Shown here piece after piece: positions 19,246 through 29,143 of a stretch of 61,128 bases of DNA. The stretch comes from Myxococcales bacterium. GTDB taxonomy: Bacteria > Myxococcota_A > Polyangia > Polyangiales > SLQV01. The stretch is taken from NCBI GenBank assembly GCA_007131285.1, contig SLQV01000017.1:1-61128 (forward strand), written 5' to 3'. The notes beneath the pieces are model-generated. The model saw only the letters and a program-made list of their open reading frames with translations, searched no databases and had not been told where the DNA came from. The position numbers and the translations under genes were made by a program. The first letter of the stretch is position 1. Every line of letters starts with the position of its first letter.

Positions 19246-21069
19246 CTAACCACCGCTCTTAACTGCTCGCGTGCTGATGGGAATCGCAAACTCCATCTCA
19301 CCGGTGTGCGGCGGAAAGCGCAACGCGTTAGCGACGCTCAGGAGGCACGCACCGAGCGGGGCGCTCTGTAATGTGGCCGGTGCGAGTGACACGGATTTCA
19401 CGACACCATCAGCGGAGACCTTGAAATTGAAAACGATGCGTTCTTGCGCCGTCGCGGCCTCCGTATTTTGATGCAAGCAACGCTCCATCTGACTCTTTTT
19501 TCCACGAAAGGTTCGCGTAATTAGTGCGGCGTGATCACTCGACTTCGGTGGCTTTGGGGCTTTCGTCGAGGGCTGTTTTGCAACCCTTCGGCTCTGCGCG
19601 ACGTGCGGCGTATGCGCCTTGTCCTCAAGCTTTTGGGAGGGGGGCGCGGAGGAAGTGTCGGGATCCTCAGCGTTTTCGTCGTCTGGTGAAACCGAAGCCT
19701 GCTTCGCCTCTTCGGCGGCGCTCTTCGCTACCTCTGCGGATTCGGAATCCGTCGAGCCTGTCACGACGTAGACAGACTGCGCTTTTCGCGCATTGGGTTG
19801 CGATACCAGCGCGAACGACAGCGCTGAAATGCCCACGAGCACAGTAGCGACCACGAGGCCCCACAAAACGTGGGTGCGCCTGGAGGTAGCGGCCTTTCCT
19901 GCCGCTACCTCGTTTACCTCCGCTACGCTAGAACGACTTAGCGCGGGCACATCATCGGAACTAACGGCTGGGACCTTCAGACGCCCCGAGGAAAACGAAT
20001 CGCTAGAGCTGCTTGGAGCATGCTCGGCCATTGCCGCGCCCTCCTCCCAGACTTCGACGGTGCCATCGCGCCAGGCTCGGTCGAGCACTTCCAGAGGCTC
20101 GATACGAAGCACTTCGGCCATATCGCTAAAAAAGTCGCGTTTGACCTGCGCACAGAGTGCCGCCTCAGCCGCGTTTTCCGTGAATCCCCTCACTTCGCGT
20201 AAGGCCTCGGCCATCGCGCCTGCGGACTCCCAACGGCCCGCAGGCGTCTTCGCGACGCTCTTACGAATGATCGCGTCGATCTCGGGTGAAACATCATCAC
20301 GGAGATCGGCGAGCGCACTAGGTGTTTTCGTAAATACTCGATGCAGCGTTTCCGCCATATCGCGACCACGAAACTCATTTTTGCCGCAGAGCAGTTCGTG
20401 CAGCACGAGCCCGCTCGCGTAAAGGTCGCTCTGGGCTGTCGGCCGCTGACCATTGAAGAGCTCCGGCGCGAGGTAGGGGAACTTGCCTTTAACGGTGGTG
20501 TCTTCCGTCTTGTACATCGCGGTTTCACCCATCACGCGCGCAATGCCAAAATCGACAAGCTTCACCTGCCCTTCCACATCGACCAGAATATTGGACGGTG
20601 AGATATCGCGATGAACAACGCAGAGCGACTTGCCATCAGGACGGCGCAATTGGTGCGCGTAATGCAGGGCATCGAGAACTCTAATGGTAATCTGAAGCGC
20701 ACTCGCGACAGGAAAGTGTCCATGTGCTTCCCGGACGTACTTGAGCCAGCGGCCCATGTGAAATCCGTGCACGTAGTCGAGCACCATGATGTAGGCGCCG
20801 TCCTCCTGAGCAAAATCCAGGACGCTGACGATGCCAGGATGCTTCAGATACGATAAAATCCTCGCTTCGCGCACGAACATCTGAGTCATTGCGTCATCGC
20901 CGGTTAAGTCCGGCAAGATGCGTTTCACGACGACCGGCCGCGCAAAACCGGCTGCGCCTTCTGCGCGCGCCAGATACAGCACACCCATGCCGCCGCGCGC
21001 TAGACGCTTTACGATGCGATAGCGACCAAGAACCTTGGTGCCAAGAAGTTCGTCTCGAACTGTGCTCAC
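19246..21069 (-). CDS. Hanks-type Ser/Thr protein kinase with TM segment and AgmX/PglI-like (TonB-C-like) C-terminal domain
   Basis: RGGMGVLYLA, VVKRI, HRDISPSNILV, DFGIAR, YLAPE. TM HVLWGLVVATVLVGISALSFALV. C-terminal ~85 aa (CLHQN..IVFNFKVSADGVVKSV..CLLSVANALRFPP). The GTG start overlaps the upstream stop (GTGA). Confidence 0.9.
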   Translation of the reverse strand: MSTVRDELLGTKVLGRYRIVKRLARGGMGVLYLARAEGAAGFARPVVVKRILPDLTGDDAMTQMFVREARILSYLKHPGIVSVLDFAQEDGAYIMVLDYVHGFHMGRWLKYVREAHGHFPVASALQITIRVLDALHYAHQLRRPDGKSLCVVHRDISPSNILVDVEGQVKLVDFGIARVMGETAMYKTEDTTVKGKFPYLAPELFNGQRPTAQSDLYASGLVLHELLCGKNEFRGRDMAETLHRVFTKTPSALADLRDDVSPEIDAIIRKSVAKTPAGRWESAGAMAEALREVRGFTENAAEAALCAQVKRDFFSDMAEVLRIEPLEVLDRAWRDGTVEVWEEGAAMAEHAPSSSSDSFSSGRLKVPAVSSDDVPALSRSSVAEVNEVAAGKAATSRRTHVLWGLVVATVLVGISALSFALVSQPNARKAQSVYVVTGSTDSESAEVAKSAAEEAKQASVSPDDENAEDPDTSSAPPSQKLEDKAHTPHVAQSRRVAKQPSTKAPKPPKSSDHAALITRTFRGKKSQMERCLHQNTEAATAQERIVFNFKVSADGVVKSVSLAPATLQSAPLGACLLSVANALRFPPHTGEMEFAIPISTRAVKSGG

Positions 21070-23261
21070 TGCTTGCTCGTGTGCCTAAGATAATAGTGCA
21101 CACCATGAACCGGATGAGCCAAGCGAATTGATATGGCATCTGTCTCAGTACCAACGGTCAGTGGCGTGCTGAACCGATGCTTGGCCGCCATCGGAATAGG
21201 CTTGCCTTCAACGGCAACCGACCAGCCGGCCATCGCTACACCTGCGACTTCCACCGTGGTTCCCGGCGTCGCACTGCCTTGAGCCGGCGAAGTGATACTT
21301 GCCTTCGGCGCCGCGTTGTCGAAGTCGATGACAAGAGTCGTCGATTTCGAAGTCTTGCCGGTGTTACTGGAATAGGTGAACGCGTAGCGGCCTTCGCGCA
21401 GATCACCACCTGAAAAGACGTGCGAGGGTTTCGCGCTCGAAAACACCTCCGGCGTGCCACCCGGCAAGCGTTTAGCGGTAAGGGTGTACTCGGATGCAGC
21501 GGGGGCTTTGGGCCAGTTGACGCGAATCTCGGGGAGAAGATTTTGGTATAGAACCGTGTAATTTCGGCCATCTGTATCGACGCGCGTCGATGGCGCGGAA
21601 CGCGGCAATTGGGCCTTGCCAGAGTCACGCAACACGCGAATCCGACCCGAGGCGGACTCCTGCTCTCGCAAGGTGCCCCCCTTGAAGCAGCGAACCCGGT
21701 ACGCATGGATGCCTATCCCTAGACGCGTGTGCACTGAAAGCGAGCCCTTGGACGAAAACGAGAGCGTACGCGCTCCGCTCTTGAGTTCAACGAGTCCTCC
21801 GCCTTCCCCGCAGGCGCGCTTCAGGCGAAAGCCCACCGCACTCGGTGGAGAGGGATCGCGCAGGGTGAAGCTCTCACCGGCTACCACGTATAAAGCGACG
21901 CGATCCGGGGGCTTATCCCCCTGGTCGATCCTTCCGTTATTGAATAAGGTAGCGTGCTCACCGAGCCCGAGGCCGGCACGATCGATATGTCCCACGACGG
22001 CGACCGCACCCTTGCGGTTGCGCACCAACGCTCCCGTGCGTGAGAGCTGGACTAGGCTTTGGCTTCCAGCCTCGAGAACAATATTTCCGCCCTTGACGCC
22101 GAACTGAGCTTGCCCTTCGGCAGAAGACGTGACTTCGACACGTCCGCGGGATGCACTCGCAAAGACGCCATCGCTATCACCAAGCGTCAACTCGGCTGGA
22201 CCGCTCACAGCAGCCACAGCATCGTTGGTGCTGATAAGGCTGGATCCTCGTGATCCTAAGCGAACAACCGATCCCGCTTCAGCCTCGTGGATACCGACCG
22301 GCACCGAAACAAACGTTTTGGTGCCCGGCGCACGCAAACGCAGGGGGGCACCTTCCACCTCAAGCCGAAACCCGTGTATCGCAGTCGCTTCGGTCGAATC
22401 AGGCGCGTCGTCCTCGAGCGGGGGAGCCAGCTCGTCAGTCTCCTTTGCCGCCGCAAAAGTGACCTGCCCAACATCGATAGCGAAGCTTCTCCCCGCTTCA
22501 ACCAACTCTCCGTTTAGGACCGCTTCGCCGATCTCAAGGGTTAGGTTGGCTTTGTCGCCGCTAACCGCATCCATACGCAGTTGCGTTCCGGGCGCGAAAC
22601 GCGCAAGGCCGATCTCAGTTTGCAGTTCGATTGCCTGATCACCGACCTGGAGCACCGCCGTGCCTGCTTCAACCTCAAAGGCGGTTGCTCCCTCCCCTGA
22701 CGAGAAACGCACGCGGGAGTCTGGGCTGAACTGCGCCCGGCCGATCGATGTCTCCAAGCGCATCCCCGAACTTGCCGTCTGCAACACCGCTTCGCCAAGA
22801 CTCACATCGAGCGCAAAGGCTTCGCCCGACTCGCTGTGGCTCAACTTGAAATAGACAATGCTTTCGGGGCCGATTTCTACATTCCCCCCGGCCTCAATCG
22901 CGACGATGCTCGTCGCGCCCGTTGCCGTTTTAATGCCGTCACCGTCGAAGAGTTTTCGACCTTTCTGCACTGGCTTCCAAGCGATTTCCGCCGCCCCTGC
23001 TGGACGTTGCGCGGCACTCGACCGAAAGCTGACGTCACCGCTAACGGTTTGCACCGCACCGAGATGGTCGCTCGCACAACCGAAGCGCGCGCAGCCCAAA
23101 GTGGACAATATCAGCACGGCGCACACCGGCATTGCGGCATCGAGGAGTCCCTGCGCCTGGCACCTGTCGCGCTGCGCGAACCCGCGAAGTGCCTTCACAA
23201 CCACAGACTGCGCAGCGACCAGCGCGACGCGGATTGAAAGGGCTCGTGGCTTCGATAGCAT
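21066..23261 (-). CDS. FecR-domain repeat protein, probable lipoprotein, Ig-like C-terminal domain
   Basis: Lipobox LSTLGC. FecR-like segment (VSGDVSFRS..WKPVQKGRKLFDGDGIKTATGATSIVAIEAGGNVEIGPES). Internally repeated ~45-aa units (GEAVLQ..LETSIGRAQFSPDSRVRF / GTAVLQ..LQTEIGLARFAPGTQLRM). The true start may be the internal Met at 23132. Confidence 0.8.
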   Translation of the reverse strand: MLSKPRALSIRVALVAAQSVVVKALRGFAQRDRCQAQGLLDAAMPVCAVLILSTLGCARFGCASDHLGAVQTVSGDVSFRSSAAQRPAGAAEIAWKPVQKGRKLFDGDGIKTATGATSIVAIEAGGNVEIGPESIVYFKLSHSESGEAFALDVSLGEAVLQTASSGMRLETSIGRAQFSPDSRVRFSSGEGATAFEVEAGTAVLQVGDQAIELQTEIGLARFAPGTQLRMDAVSGDKANLTLEIGEAVLNGELVEAGRSFAIDVGQVTFAAAKETDELAPPLEDDAPDSTEATAIHGFRLEVEGAPLRLRAPGTKTFVSVPVGIHEAEAGSVVRLGSRGSSLISTNDAVAAVSGPAELTLGDSDGVFASASRGRVEVTSSAEGQAQFGVKGGNIVLEAGSQSLVQLSRTGALVRNRKGAVAVVGHIDRAGLGLGEHATLFNNGRIDQGDKPPDRVALYVVAGESFTLRDPSPPSAVGFRLKRACGEGGGLVELKSGARTLSFSSKGSLSVHTRLGIGIHAYRVRCFKGGTLREQESASGRIRVLRDSGKAQLPRSAPSTRVDTDGRNYTVLYQNLLPEIRVNWPKAPAASEYTLTAKRLPGGTPEVFSSAKPSHVFSGGDLREGRYAFTYSSNTGKTSKSTTLVIDFDNAAPKASITSPAQGSATPGTTVEVAGVAMAGWSVAVEGKPIPMAAKHRFSTPLTVGTETDAISIRLAHPVHGVHYYLRHTSKQ

Positions 23262-23269
23262 CGTTTTCG

Positions 23270-24880
23270 TTACTTCTTACGTAGGTCAATATTGAGAATC
23301 GTGACGCCATTCTCTTCCAACACAACCGATCGCGTTTGAGGCCTATAGCCAGAGGCATTGATTTCTACTGTGTATTCCCCTGGATCGAGGTCGATCGAGA
23401 ACTCGCCATGCTCGTCGGTACTGAGAGCGTGATCACCGGGAAACACCTTGACCTCTGCGTTCAACGCCGCGCCCCTGAAGCTGCGAATGACACCGCGCAT
23501 CTGCCCAGGTGGCGTCTTTGCTTCAAGCGCGATTCGTAGCTCTCTAAGTGAAGGTTGGCTGTCTAAGGTTATTATCTGGCTGCTCGTTTCAAACCCTGAA
23601 GCTGCCACACTCAACTTGTAGCTGCCGGGCGAAAGCTCGCTCAATGTCAGCGTACCATCGCTGCCGGTCTCTAGGTTGTAAGCGACCTGTTCAGACTCGC
23701 CTGAGTCGTTCGCCGTCTCTAGCGTGACAGCTGCGCTGACGGGACGGTCTCCGTCGGACGCGACAACCGCCAGTGCCAGCGCAACCGATTGAGTGTCAGC
23801 GACGGCCTCCTTCGCGGCGCTCGCACCGCCTGTGGAACTGTCCTCAACCACCTTCTGCCAAATCGGCAATACGTAGCGGATACCGAGAAGAATACTCAGC
23901 CGCGGCTCAATCGGAACTAGGGGATCGGTGGGTGCGGAGGGCGGCCGACTCGATGGAACGACCTCAACGCCACCTTCAACCTGCAGCGCGCTGAGAACCG
24001 CATAGCGAGCACCCATGTTAATGCGCGAGGGCGATTGCGCGAAGGGTGGCGCACCAGCACCCACCAGAAGGTCTAGACTGTAGTCGATAAGGAGTTCCAG
24101 TGGCCCCCGCTGATAGGCCAAGGCCAAGGCGAAGAGGACCGCATTGTACTCCGACATGCCGATCGCAATACGGTCGCCTTGGCGGAGCGCACCTGGATTA
24201 TCTATCGACTGCGCGCTGCGGTCGTACCGAAACCCCATTCGCGTACCCACGTAGAACGCGTCGAGGAAGCGATAAGTCGCGATGACGGTGGTATCGAGTG
24301 CCAAGGTGCCAAAGTCGAATGACGGTGCCGAGCTTCCGGGGATTCCCATGCGCATGTCGAGACCTACGCCCAGGTCGTCATTGAATGCATAGGTTGCGCG
24401 CGCTCCAAACCGTGGCTGACCACTTTTTCCATCATCTGGACCAAGCTCATCCTCACCGTGGAAGTCGGCGCGACCCTCTAAAGCAGCAGAAAAACCAAGC
24501 CAATCAAGCGGCTGAACGCCGATGGCGACACTACCGGACACGCGATGATGCGAACCGTTGTCGAGGGGACCTTGGTCTTCGGTGTAGCCGTAGGCGAAGT
24601 TGCCCGCGAGGGCAATCTTGCGTCGAGCACGCAGCGCGGAGGGCGTTCGAATAAAACCACTTAGCCCGTCCTGTGCCACACCAAGTTCGGCAGGGTCTGC
24701 CTTCGCCGAGCTGCGAGGCGCTTCCCCGGCCCCTTCGGTTGAAGTCGTGAGCGATGCCGCGAGGTCCTGCGCTTCGGCCCCTGCTGCGAACCCTGCAGGC
24801 AGAGCAACTACCACTGCCGCTACCAAGCGGCTCGCCGTATGCAGTATCCGGAAACTAGCGAAACTTCGCACGTTATTCAC
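23270..24880 (-). CDS. Outer-membrane beta-barrel-like protein with two C-terminal carboxypeptidase-regulatory-like domains
   Basis: Signal peptide (..AAGAEAQ). About 300 aa of alternating amphipathic strands rich in G/Y/F/R/D. Two CarboxypepD_reg-like modules (LSPGSYKLSVAASGFET, DPGEYTVEINASGYRPQ). 8-nt gap to the FecR-like gene. Confidence 0.75.
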   Translation of the reverse strand: MNNVRSFASFRILHTASRLVAAVVVALPAGFAAGAEAQDLAASLTTSTEGAGEAPRSSAKADPAELGVAQDGLSGFIRTPSALRARRKIALAGNFAYGYTEDQGPLDNGSHHRVSGSVAIGVQPLDWLGFSAALEGRADFHGEDELGPDDGKSGQPRFGARATYAFNDDLGVGLDMRMGIPGSSAPSFDFGTLALDTTVIATYRFLDAFYVGTRMGFRYDRSAQSIDNPGALRQGDRIAIGMSEYNAVLFALALAYQRGPLELLIDYSLDLLVGAGAPPFAQSPSRINMGARYAVLSALQVEGGVEVVPSSRPPSAPTDPLVPIEPRLSILLGIRYVLPIWQKVVEDSSTGGASAAKEAVADTQSVALALAVVASDGDRPVSAAVTLETANDSGESEQVAYNLETGSDGTLTLSELSPGSYKLSVAASGFETSSQIITLDSQPSLRELRIALEAKTPPGQMRGVIRSFRGAALNAEVKVFPGDHALSTDEHGEFSIDLDPGEYTVEINASGYRPQTRSVVLEENGVTILNIDLRKK

Positions 24881-25079
24881 TCATCCCTCACAACGGCCAC
24901 CGCCCTAAGCGGCTGCTCGACTCAGGCAAACGTGACTCTAGGCCACTTGCCGCGCTTACCCTGAGGCTCCGCGACCGAACGTCGCATCCCACTCGAGTTC
25001 GGGCGCCGCGGCGAGTAACCGGAGGGGCGCAGCCTCTAGACAAGTTAACCGAAGTGGAACGCAGAAGTCGAGCTGACTC

Positions 25080-25670
25080 TCATCTCGGCGATACCTGCGC
25101 GTTACCGCGCTGCTCGCTGCCTTCAAAAAAGGGGATAAGCCGCATGTTCGACTCAAAGAGTCTGACTTGCGTTCTCGCAGCCAACAGCCGTGCGTTGGCG
25201 GCAACCTGTTCGGAGGTTAACTCGCTTGACTCAGCGTCGAGCTCTCGAATGATGGATTCGATATACGCCCGCACGGATGCGATACGCTTTAGGTATGTGA
25301 TTTCAGACGATTGCATACTCCGACGCGTTTCGATCACGCGTGCTGCCGCAAGGCGACGCAGTGCGTTGCGCACCACGGCCTCGATGTAGCGCGCGTCCCG
25401 TGAACTCGGTAGCCTCTCATCTGGCGGGGCGGCGAGGCGCGTCGATACCAGACCCCGCTCGACGGGTTCCCGTTCGACCGGCCCCCGCTCGATCATGCGC
25501 CAGGCCAGCGCCGCGACCAAGGGCGCGCCGATAGGATACCCGTTAACCCAAGCAGCGGTATCACCGACGGGAAGTGCTGGGGAGGAGGCTTCAGCCCTCT
25601 CAGATGACTGGACCTCGGGTGAAGTGGTGCCGCACCGCGCTATGGTCGACAGCAGCACGGCACATACCAT
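25080..25670 (-). CDS. Hypothetical secreted protein / lipoprotein
   Basis: The internal Met gives MVCAVLLSTIARCG, a signal peptide plus lipobox. The track start at 25886 would overlap the upstream gene by 95 nt. Confidence 0.5.
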   Translation of the reverse strand: MVCAVLLSTIARCGTTSPEVQSSERAEASSPALPVGDTAAWVNGYPIGAPLVAALAWRMIERGPVEREPVERGLVSTRLAAPPDERLPSSRDARYIEAVVRNALRRLAAARVIETRRSMQSSEITYLKRIASVRAYIESIIRELDAESSELTSEQVAANARLLAARTQVRLFESNMRLIPFFEGSEQRGNAQVSPR

Positions 25671-25791
25671 TACCCTACGGAGACGCGCCCAGCGATATAC
25701 GCGAGACAACGCATGCTGAATCAAGGGCTGATGCGGCGCTGACGTCCCACGAAAGCTGGCCTCGCTGTGCGCGTTCGCCCGCAAGTGCAGG

Positions 25792-26514
25792 TCAGGGAGA
25801 AGCACGGCGCACGTCCCCTTTAGCCATGCCCGGCGGTTGTATTTCCTCGTAAGGACCAGCATCGTAGTCCTCCAGGGGGCGCCCACTCAAGCCCCGATGC
25901 CAAAGCAAATCTGTGCGGCCGTACGGCCCAGTAAAGCGTAAGCGCAGTGGCGTCTCCTCTCCGAGCTCCGGAGGCCGCTCAAACACAACCCGAAACGCTT
26001 CGCGCAAGCGCGATATCGACGGGAACATCTTTTGTTGCTGAGGGTTAGGCTTTCGATATCGCACTAGCGAAACGGGCCTGTATAGTCCCTCGCCCACCAC
26101 CAACCATAGGTTCCAAGCGGACTGTCGCCCGGCGAGGTTTGCCTCACGGAATCGTCGACCGGTCAACGTCACTACGAAAGACACCTCGCTCTTACAAGCC
26201 TCGCGCGCCTTCGCGAACTCCGCGGAAGCCTCGTCGACCGGCAATCCGAGGTCTCGTGCCAGCAGCCGATGGTAGGCTTCGCGAAATTCAACGGATTCCA
26301 GTGTTGCTGACACCATTAAAGCATTGGTCAGCGCGCCTACGGAAAAGTTGTCCGTCTCCCGTGTCCATTTGGCGTAGACCCTGCCGTAGGCTCGGTCTTC
26401 AGCATCAAAGGGCGTGATTGAGGGCCCGCGCGAGCGGGCTCCACACGCTCCAAGACCCCACACACACACTGCTATCAGCGTCAGAACGCTCCAGTCATTC
26501 GGGCCAACCCGCAT
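25792..26514 (-). CDS. Hypothetical lipoprotein
   Basis: Signal plus lipobox from the internal Met (MRVGPNDWSVLTLIAVCVWGLGAC). No motif recognised. Confidence 0.6.
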   Translation of the reverse strand: MRVGPNDWSVLTLIAVCVWGLGACGARSRGPSITPFDAEDRAYGRVYAKWTRETDNFSVGALTNALMVSATLESVEFREAYHRLLARDLGLPVDEASAEFAKAREACKSEVSFVVTLTGRRFREANLAGRQSAWNLWLVVGEGLYRPVSLVRYRKPNPQQQKMFPSISRLREAFRVVFERPPELGEETPLRLRFTGPYGRTDLLWHRGLSGRPLEDYDAGPYEEIQPPGMAKGDVRRASP

Positions 26515-26760
26515 GTCAGTGGCAGTCCTCGGTTCGGCTGCGCCCATTGCAGCGGTGATCATTTCGGCGTGCTCCTCGTCGTCGCCACCCTAGGGACTAG
26601 GAGGCTAACACACGTCGTTCGTTAGCGGCACCCGGATAGAGAGTATCCGCGCCCCATGCCTGGAGCCGCGGCTGCGTGCACTTGGCGGCTGCGCGTGGTT
26701 GTCTGTCCATGCCATGCTGCGAGCGTGGCGGCGAAAGACGGCAGAACCCATGAGGCAAAG

Positions 26761-28101
26761 ATGCAATCCGAATGCGCAGCGGACTTCGACCCGACGATGT
26801 TATTTCACAAAGCCTGCAAACCCGCGACAGAGCACCGTGTGGGGGTGGAGTGCGAACGTTTTGGTCTAGTCGGGCCCGCCTGCACGCCGCTGCCCTACCA
26901 CGGAACGGTCAGTATTGAGACCCTCTTTCGGGCGCTTGAACAGGAAGGCTTTAAACCTTACCTCGAACGAGACGGTGGACCTGCTATCGCCATGGCGCGC
27001 GGCGATGCTAACTTTACCCTTGAGCCAGGTGGTCAGTTTGAACTTTCAAGCCCCGCGCGCAGCACCTTAAGTGATCTCAGCCGTGAGATTGTCGGTTTGT
27101 TTGCAGAGCTGGTGGCTCAGGCACCGGAGATAACCTGGATGCCCATGGGTTTTCATCCCCTGGCACGCATTGCAGACCTACCATCGGTGCCAAAGCAGCG
27201 CTACCCAATCATGAAGGGCTACTTCCTCAATACGGGGCAGCGCGGTGAGGATATGATGTGGCGCACCGCCACGACCCAGGTAAATGTCGATTTCACCAGT
27301 GAAAGCGTGGCCTGGGAGAAGTGGGTGGTGGCTACAAAGCTGCAGCCTCTTGTTGCCGCTTGGACCGCTAACAGTCCGTTTTATGAGGGCAAGCATCGAG
27401 GAAGGCTCTCAGAGCGCAGCGCGGTATGGCTTGACGTTGATCCCGCTCGCACGGGACTACTCGAAACGCTCTGGCAGGCAAAGTTTAGCGCAGGTGGATT
27501 CTTCGCCCAGTACGCGGAGTGGGCACTGAACATACCGGTTTTCCTAATCAAGCGTGGCGGTCAAGCAACGGCGGCGCACCAGCATACATTTGCGGAGCTC
27601 TTGCAACACGGCTTCGAAGGCCAACGGGTTACCGAGGCAGACTGGGACACGCACCTGTCGTCTCTGTTTCCGGAGGTCCGACTGAAGCGCACACTCGAGA
27701 CGCGCGGCGCAGATTCCCTGCCCACACCGCACGTGCTCGCACTCGCCGCCCTTTGGCGTGGCCTGCTGGATGACACGGAGACACGGCAGCGCTTACTGGG
27801 CGTTATCGCTGCCTGGAGCAGTGACGATCTTCAGCGCCTACGCAACGCTCTGATCGCCGAGGGCCTGCGCGCGGACTTCCGAGGGCTACCGGTAGCTGAA
27901 GCGTGCCAATCTTTGGTGGAGTCCGCCAGACAGGGCCTCGAAAGTCTCGGAGAGACGCGCGACTGGTTGGCCCCGCTCAGCGATCTTGCTTCTACGGCTG
28001 AGACGCTAGCCGACCGAGCGCTCAAGACACTTGGCAGGGAGCCGCAGCGAGCTGCACTGGCTGGCTATTATGCCCAGGCGCTCGGCGCGGAACACGCCTA
28101 G
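26761..28101 (+). CDS. gshA: Glutamate--cysteine ligase, GCS2 (plant/proteobacterial) family
   Basis: Length of about 447 aa and GCS2-like blocks (HRVGVECERFG, TLEPGGQFELS, TTQVNVD, FPEVRLKRTLETRGAD). ATG at 26761 has GAGG 6 nt upstream. Confidence 0.82.
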   Translation: MQSECAADFDPTMLFHKACKPATEHRVGVECERFGLVGPACTPLPYHGTVSIETLFRALEQEGFKPYLERDGGPAIAMARGDANFTLEPGGQFELSSPARSTLSDLSREIVGLFAELVAQAPEITWMPMGFHPLARIADLPSVPKQRYPIMKGYFLNTGQRGEDMMWRTATTQVNVDFTSESVAWEKWVVATKLQPLVAAWTANSPFYEGKHRGRLSERSAVWLDVDPARTGLLETLWQAKFSAGGFFAQYAEWALNIPVFLIKRGGQATAAHQHTFAELLQHGFEGQRVTEADWDTHLSSLFPEVRLKRTLETRGADSLPTPHVLALAALWRGLLDDTETRQRLLGVIAAWSSDDLQRLRNALIAEGLRADFRGLPVAEACQSLVESARQGLESLGETRDWLAPLSDLASTAETLADRALKTLGREPQRAALAGYYAQALGAEHA

Positions 28102-28399
28102 GCGCTGATAGAACAAGCTCACCCACGGCCCCACCGGACGCCCTGACAGATGGAATGGGCCCGCGGCGCAGACCTCATCAGATCAAAACCGGAGGCGCAA
28201 TCGCGCCGAGGGATCGGTGCGCACCCACGACAAGCGACGTGGGTCAATTCGGCAACGAGACGCTTCGAACGATGACACGTCCAGCGATATGCGGACGACG
28301 CTGACCGCGCATGGTTCTCAGGAGCACGTCATCTGGAAAGCAGCTTCGCTTGACAATTGGAGCGCTGTCCGACAAGTTTTCGGGCTTCCGGAGACCGCC

Positions 28400-29080
28400 A
28401 TGAATACCAATCTAGGACTGCTCGGCACAAAACTCGGTATGACTCAGTACTTTGATGAACACGGCGAAGTACACCGAGTGACAGCCATCAAAGCGGGACC
28501 CTGCGTGGTGATCGGCAAACGCACACAAGAACGCGACGGCTACACCGCCCTGCAAATCGGTTTCGGCACTTCTAAGCCCAAGCGCCACTCGAAGGCTGAA
28601 CTCAAGAACTTTGAAAAGGCGGGCGCTGAGCCATGTCGTACGATTCGGGAACTGCGTGTCCCTGAAGAGACCTGCGCCAGATTTGAGGTCGGCCAGGCGA
28701 TATCGCTGGCGGACATCTTCCGTGAAGGCCATTTCGTTGATATTGCCGGCATGACCAAGGGCCGGGGCTTCACCGGTGTCATCAAGCGCCATGGTTTTAG
28801 TGGTGCGGGTACCGATACGCATGGAACCCACGAGTACCGACGACACGGTGGCTCAATCGGCATGAACATGACGCCAGGTCGTACGTTTAAGGGGAAGAAG
28901 ATGCCCGGTCGCCATGGTCACGTGCGCGTCACCGTACCCAACCTGCGTGTCGATCGCATCGAAATTGAAGACGGGCTACTGTTGGTTCGAGGCGCCGTGC
29001 CGGGCCCCACGGGGGCGCTCGTAGAGGTGCGCTTGGCAAATCGCAAGTCGAAGGCGAACGCCCTGGTAGCTGCGGCTTAG
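28400..29080 (+). CDS. rplC: 50S ribosomal protein L3
   Basis: MNTNLGLLGTKLGMTQYFDEHG..; KGRGFTGVIKRHGFSG; HGGSIGMNMTPGRTFKGKKMPGRHG; LLLVRGAVPG. The internal ATG at 28400 has GGAG 6 nt upstream, and the first 61 aa of the track ORF are spurious. Confidence 0.93.
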   Translation: MNTNLGLLGTKLGMTQYFDEHGEVHRVTAIKAGPCVVIGKRTQERDGYTALQIGFGTSKPKRHSKAELKNFEKAGAEPCRTIRELRVPEETCARFEVGQAISLADIFREGHFVDIAGMTKGRGFTGVIKRHGFSGAGTDTHGTHEYRRHGGSIGMNMTPGRTFKGKKMPGRHGHVRVTVPNLRVDRIEIEDGLLLVRGAVPGPTGALVEVRLANRKSKANALVAAA

Positions 29081-29143
29081 CACCTTGCGGATGCCAGCCC
29101 CAGCAAGCGGTCGGACGCTTGTTTGACCTGAGACGGAGAATCT

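Noticed and set aside
28350-28378. TTGACA (28350..28355) followed 17 nt later by CAAGTT, as a possible sigma70-type promoter for rplC
   Set aside because: The -35 hexamer is perfect but the -10 candidate matches the consensus at only 2 of 6 positions. Promoter consensus in this lineage is not known to me, so I do not list it as a feature.
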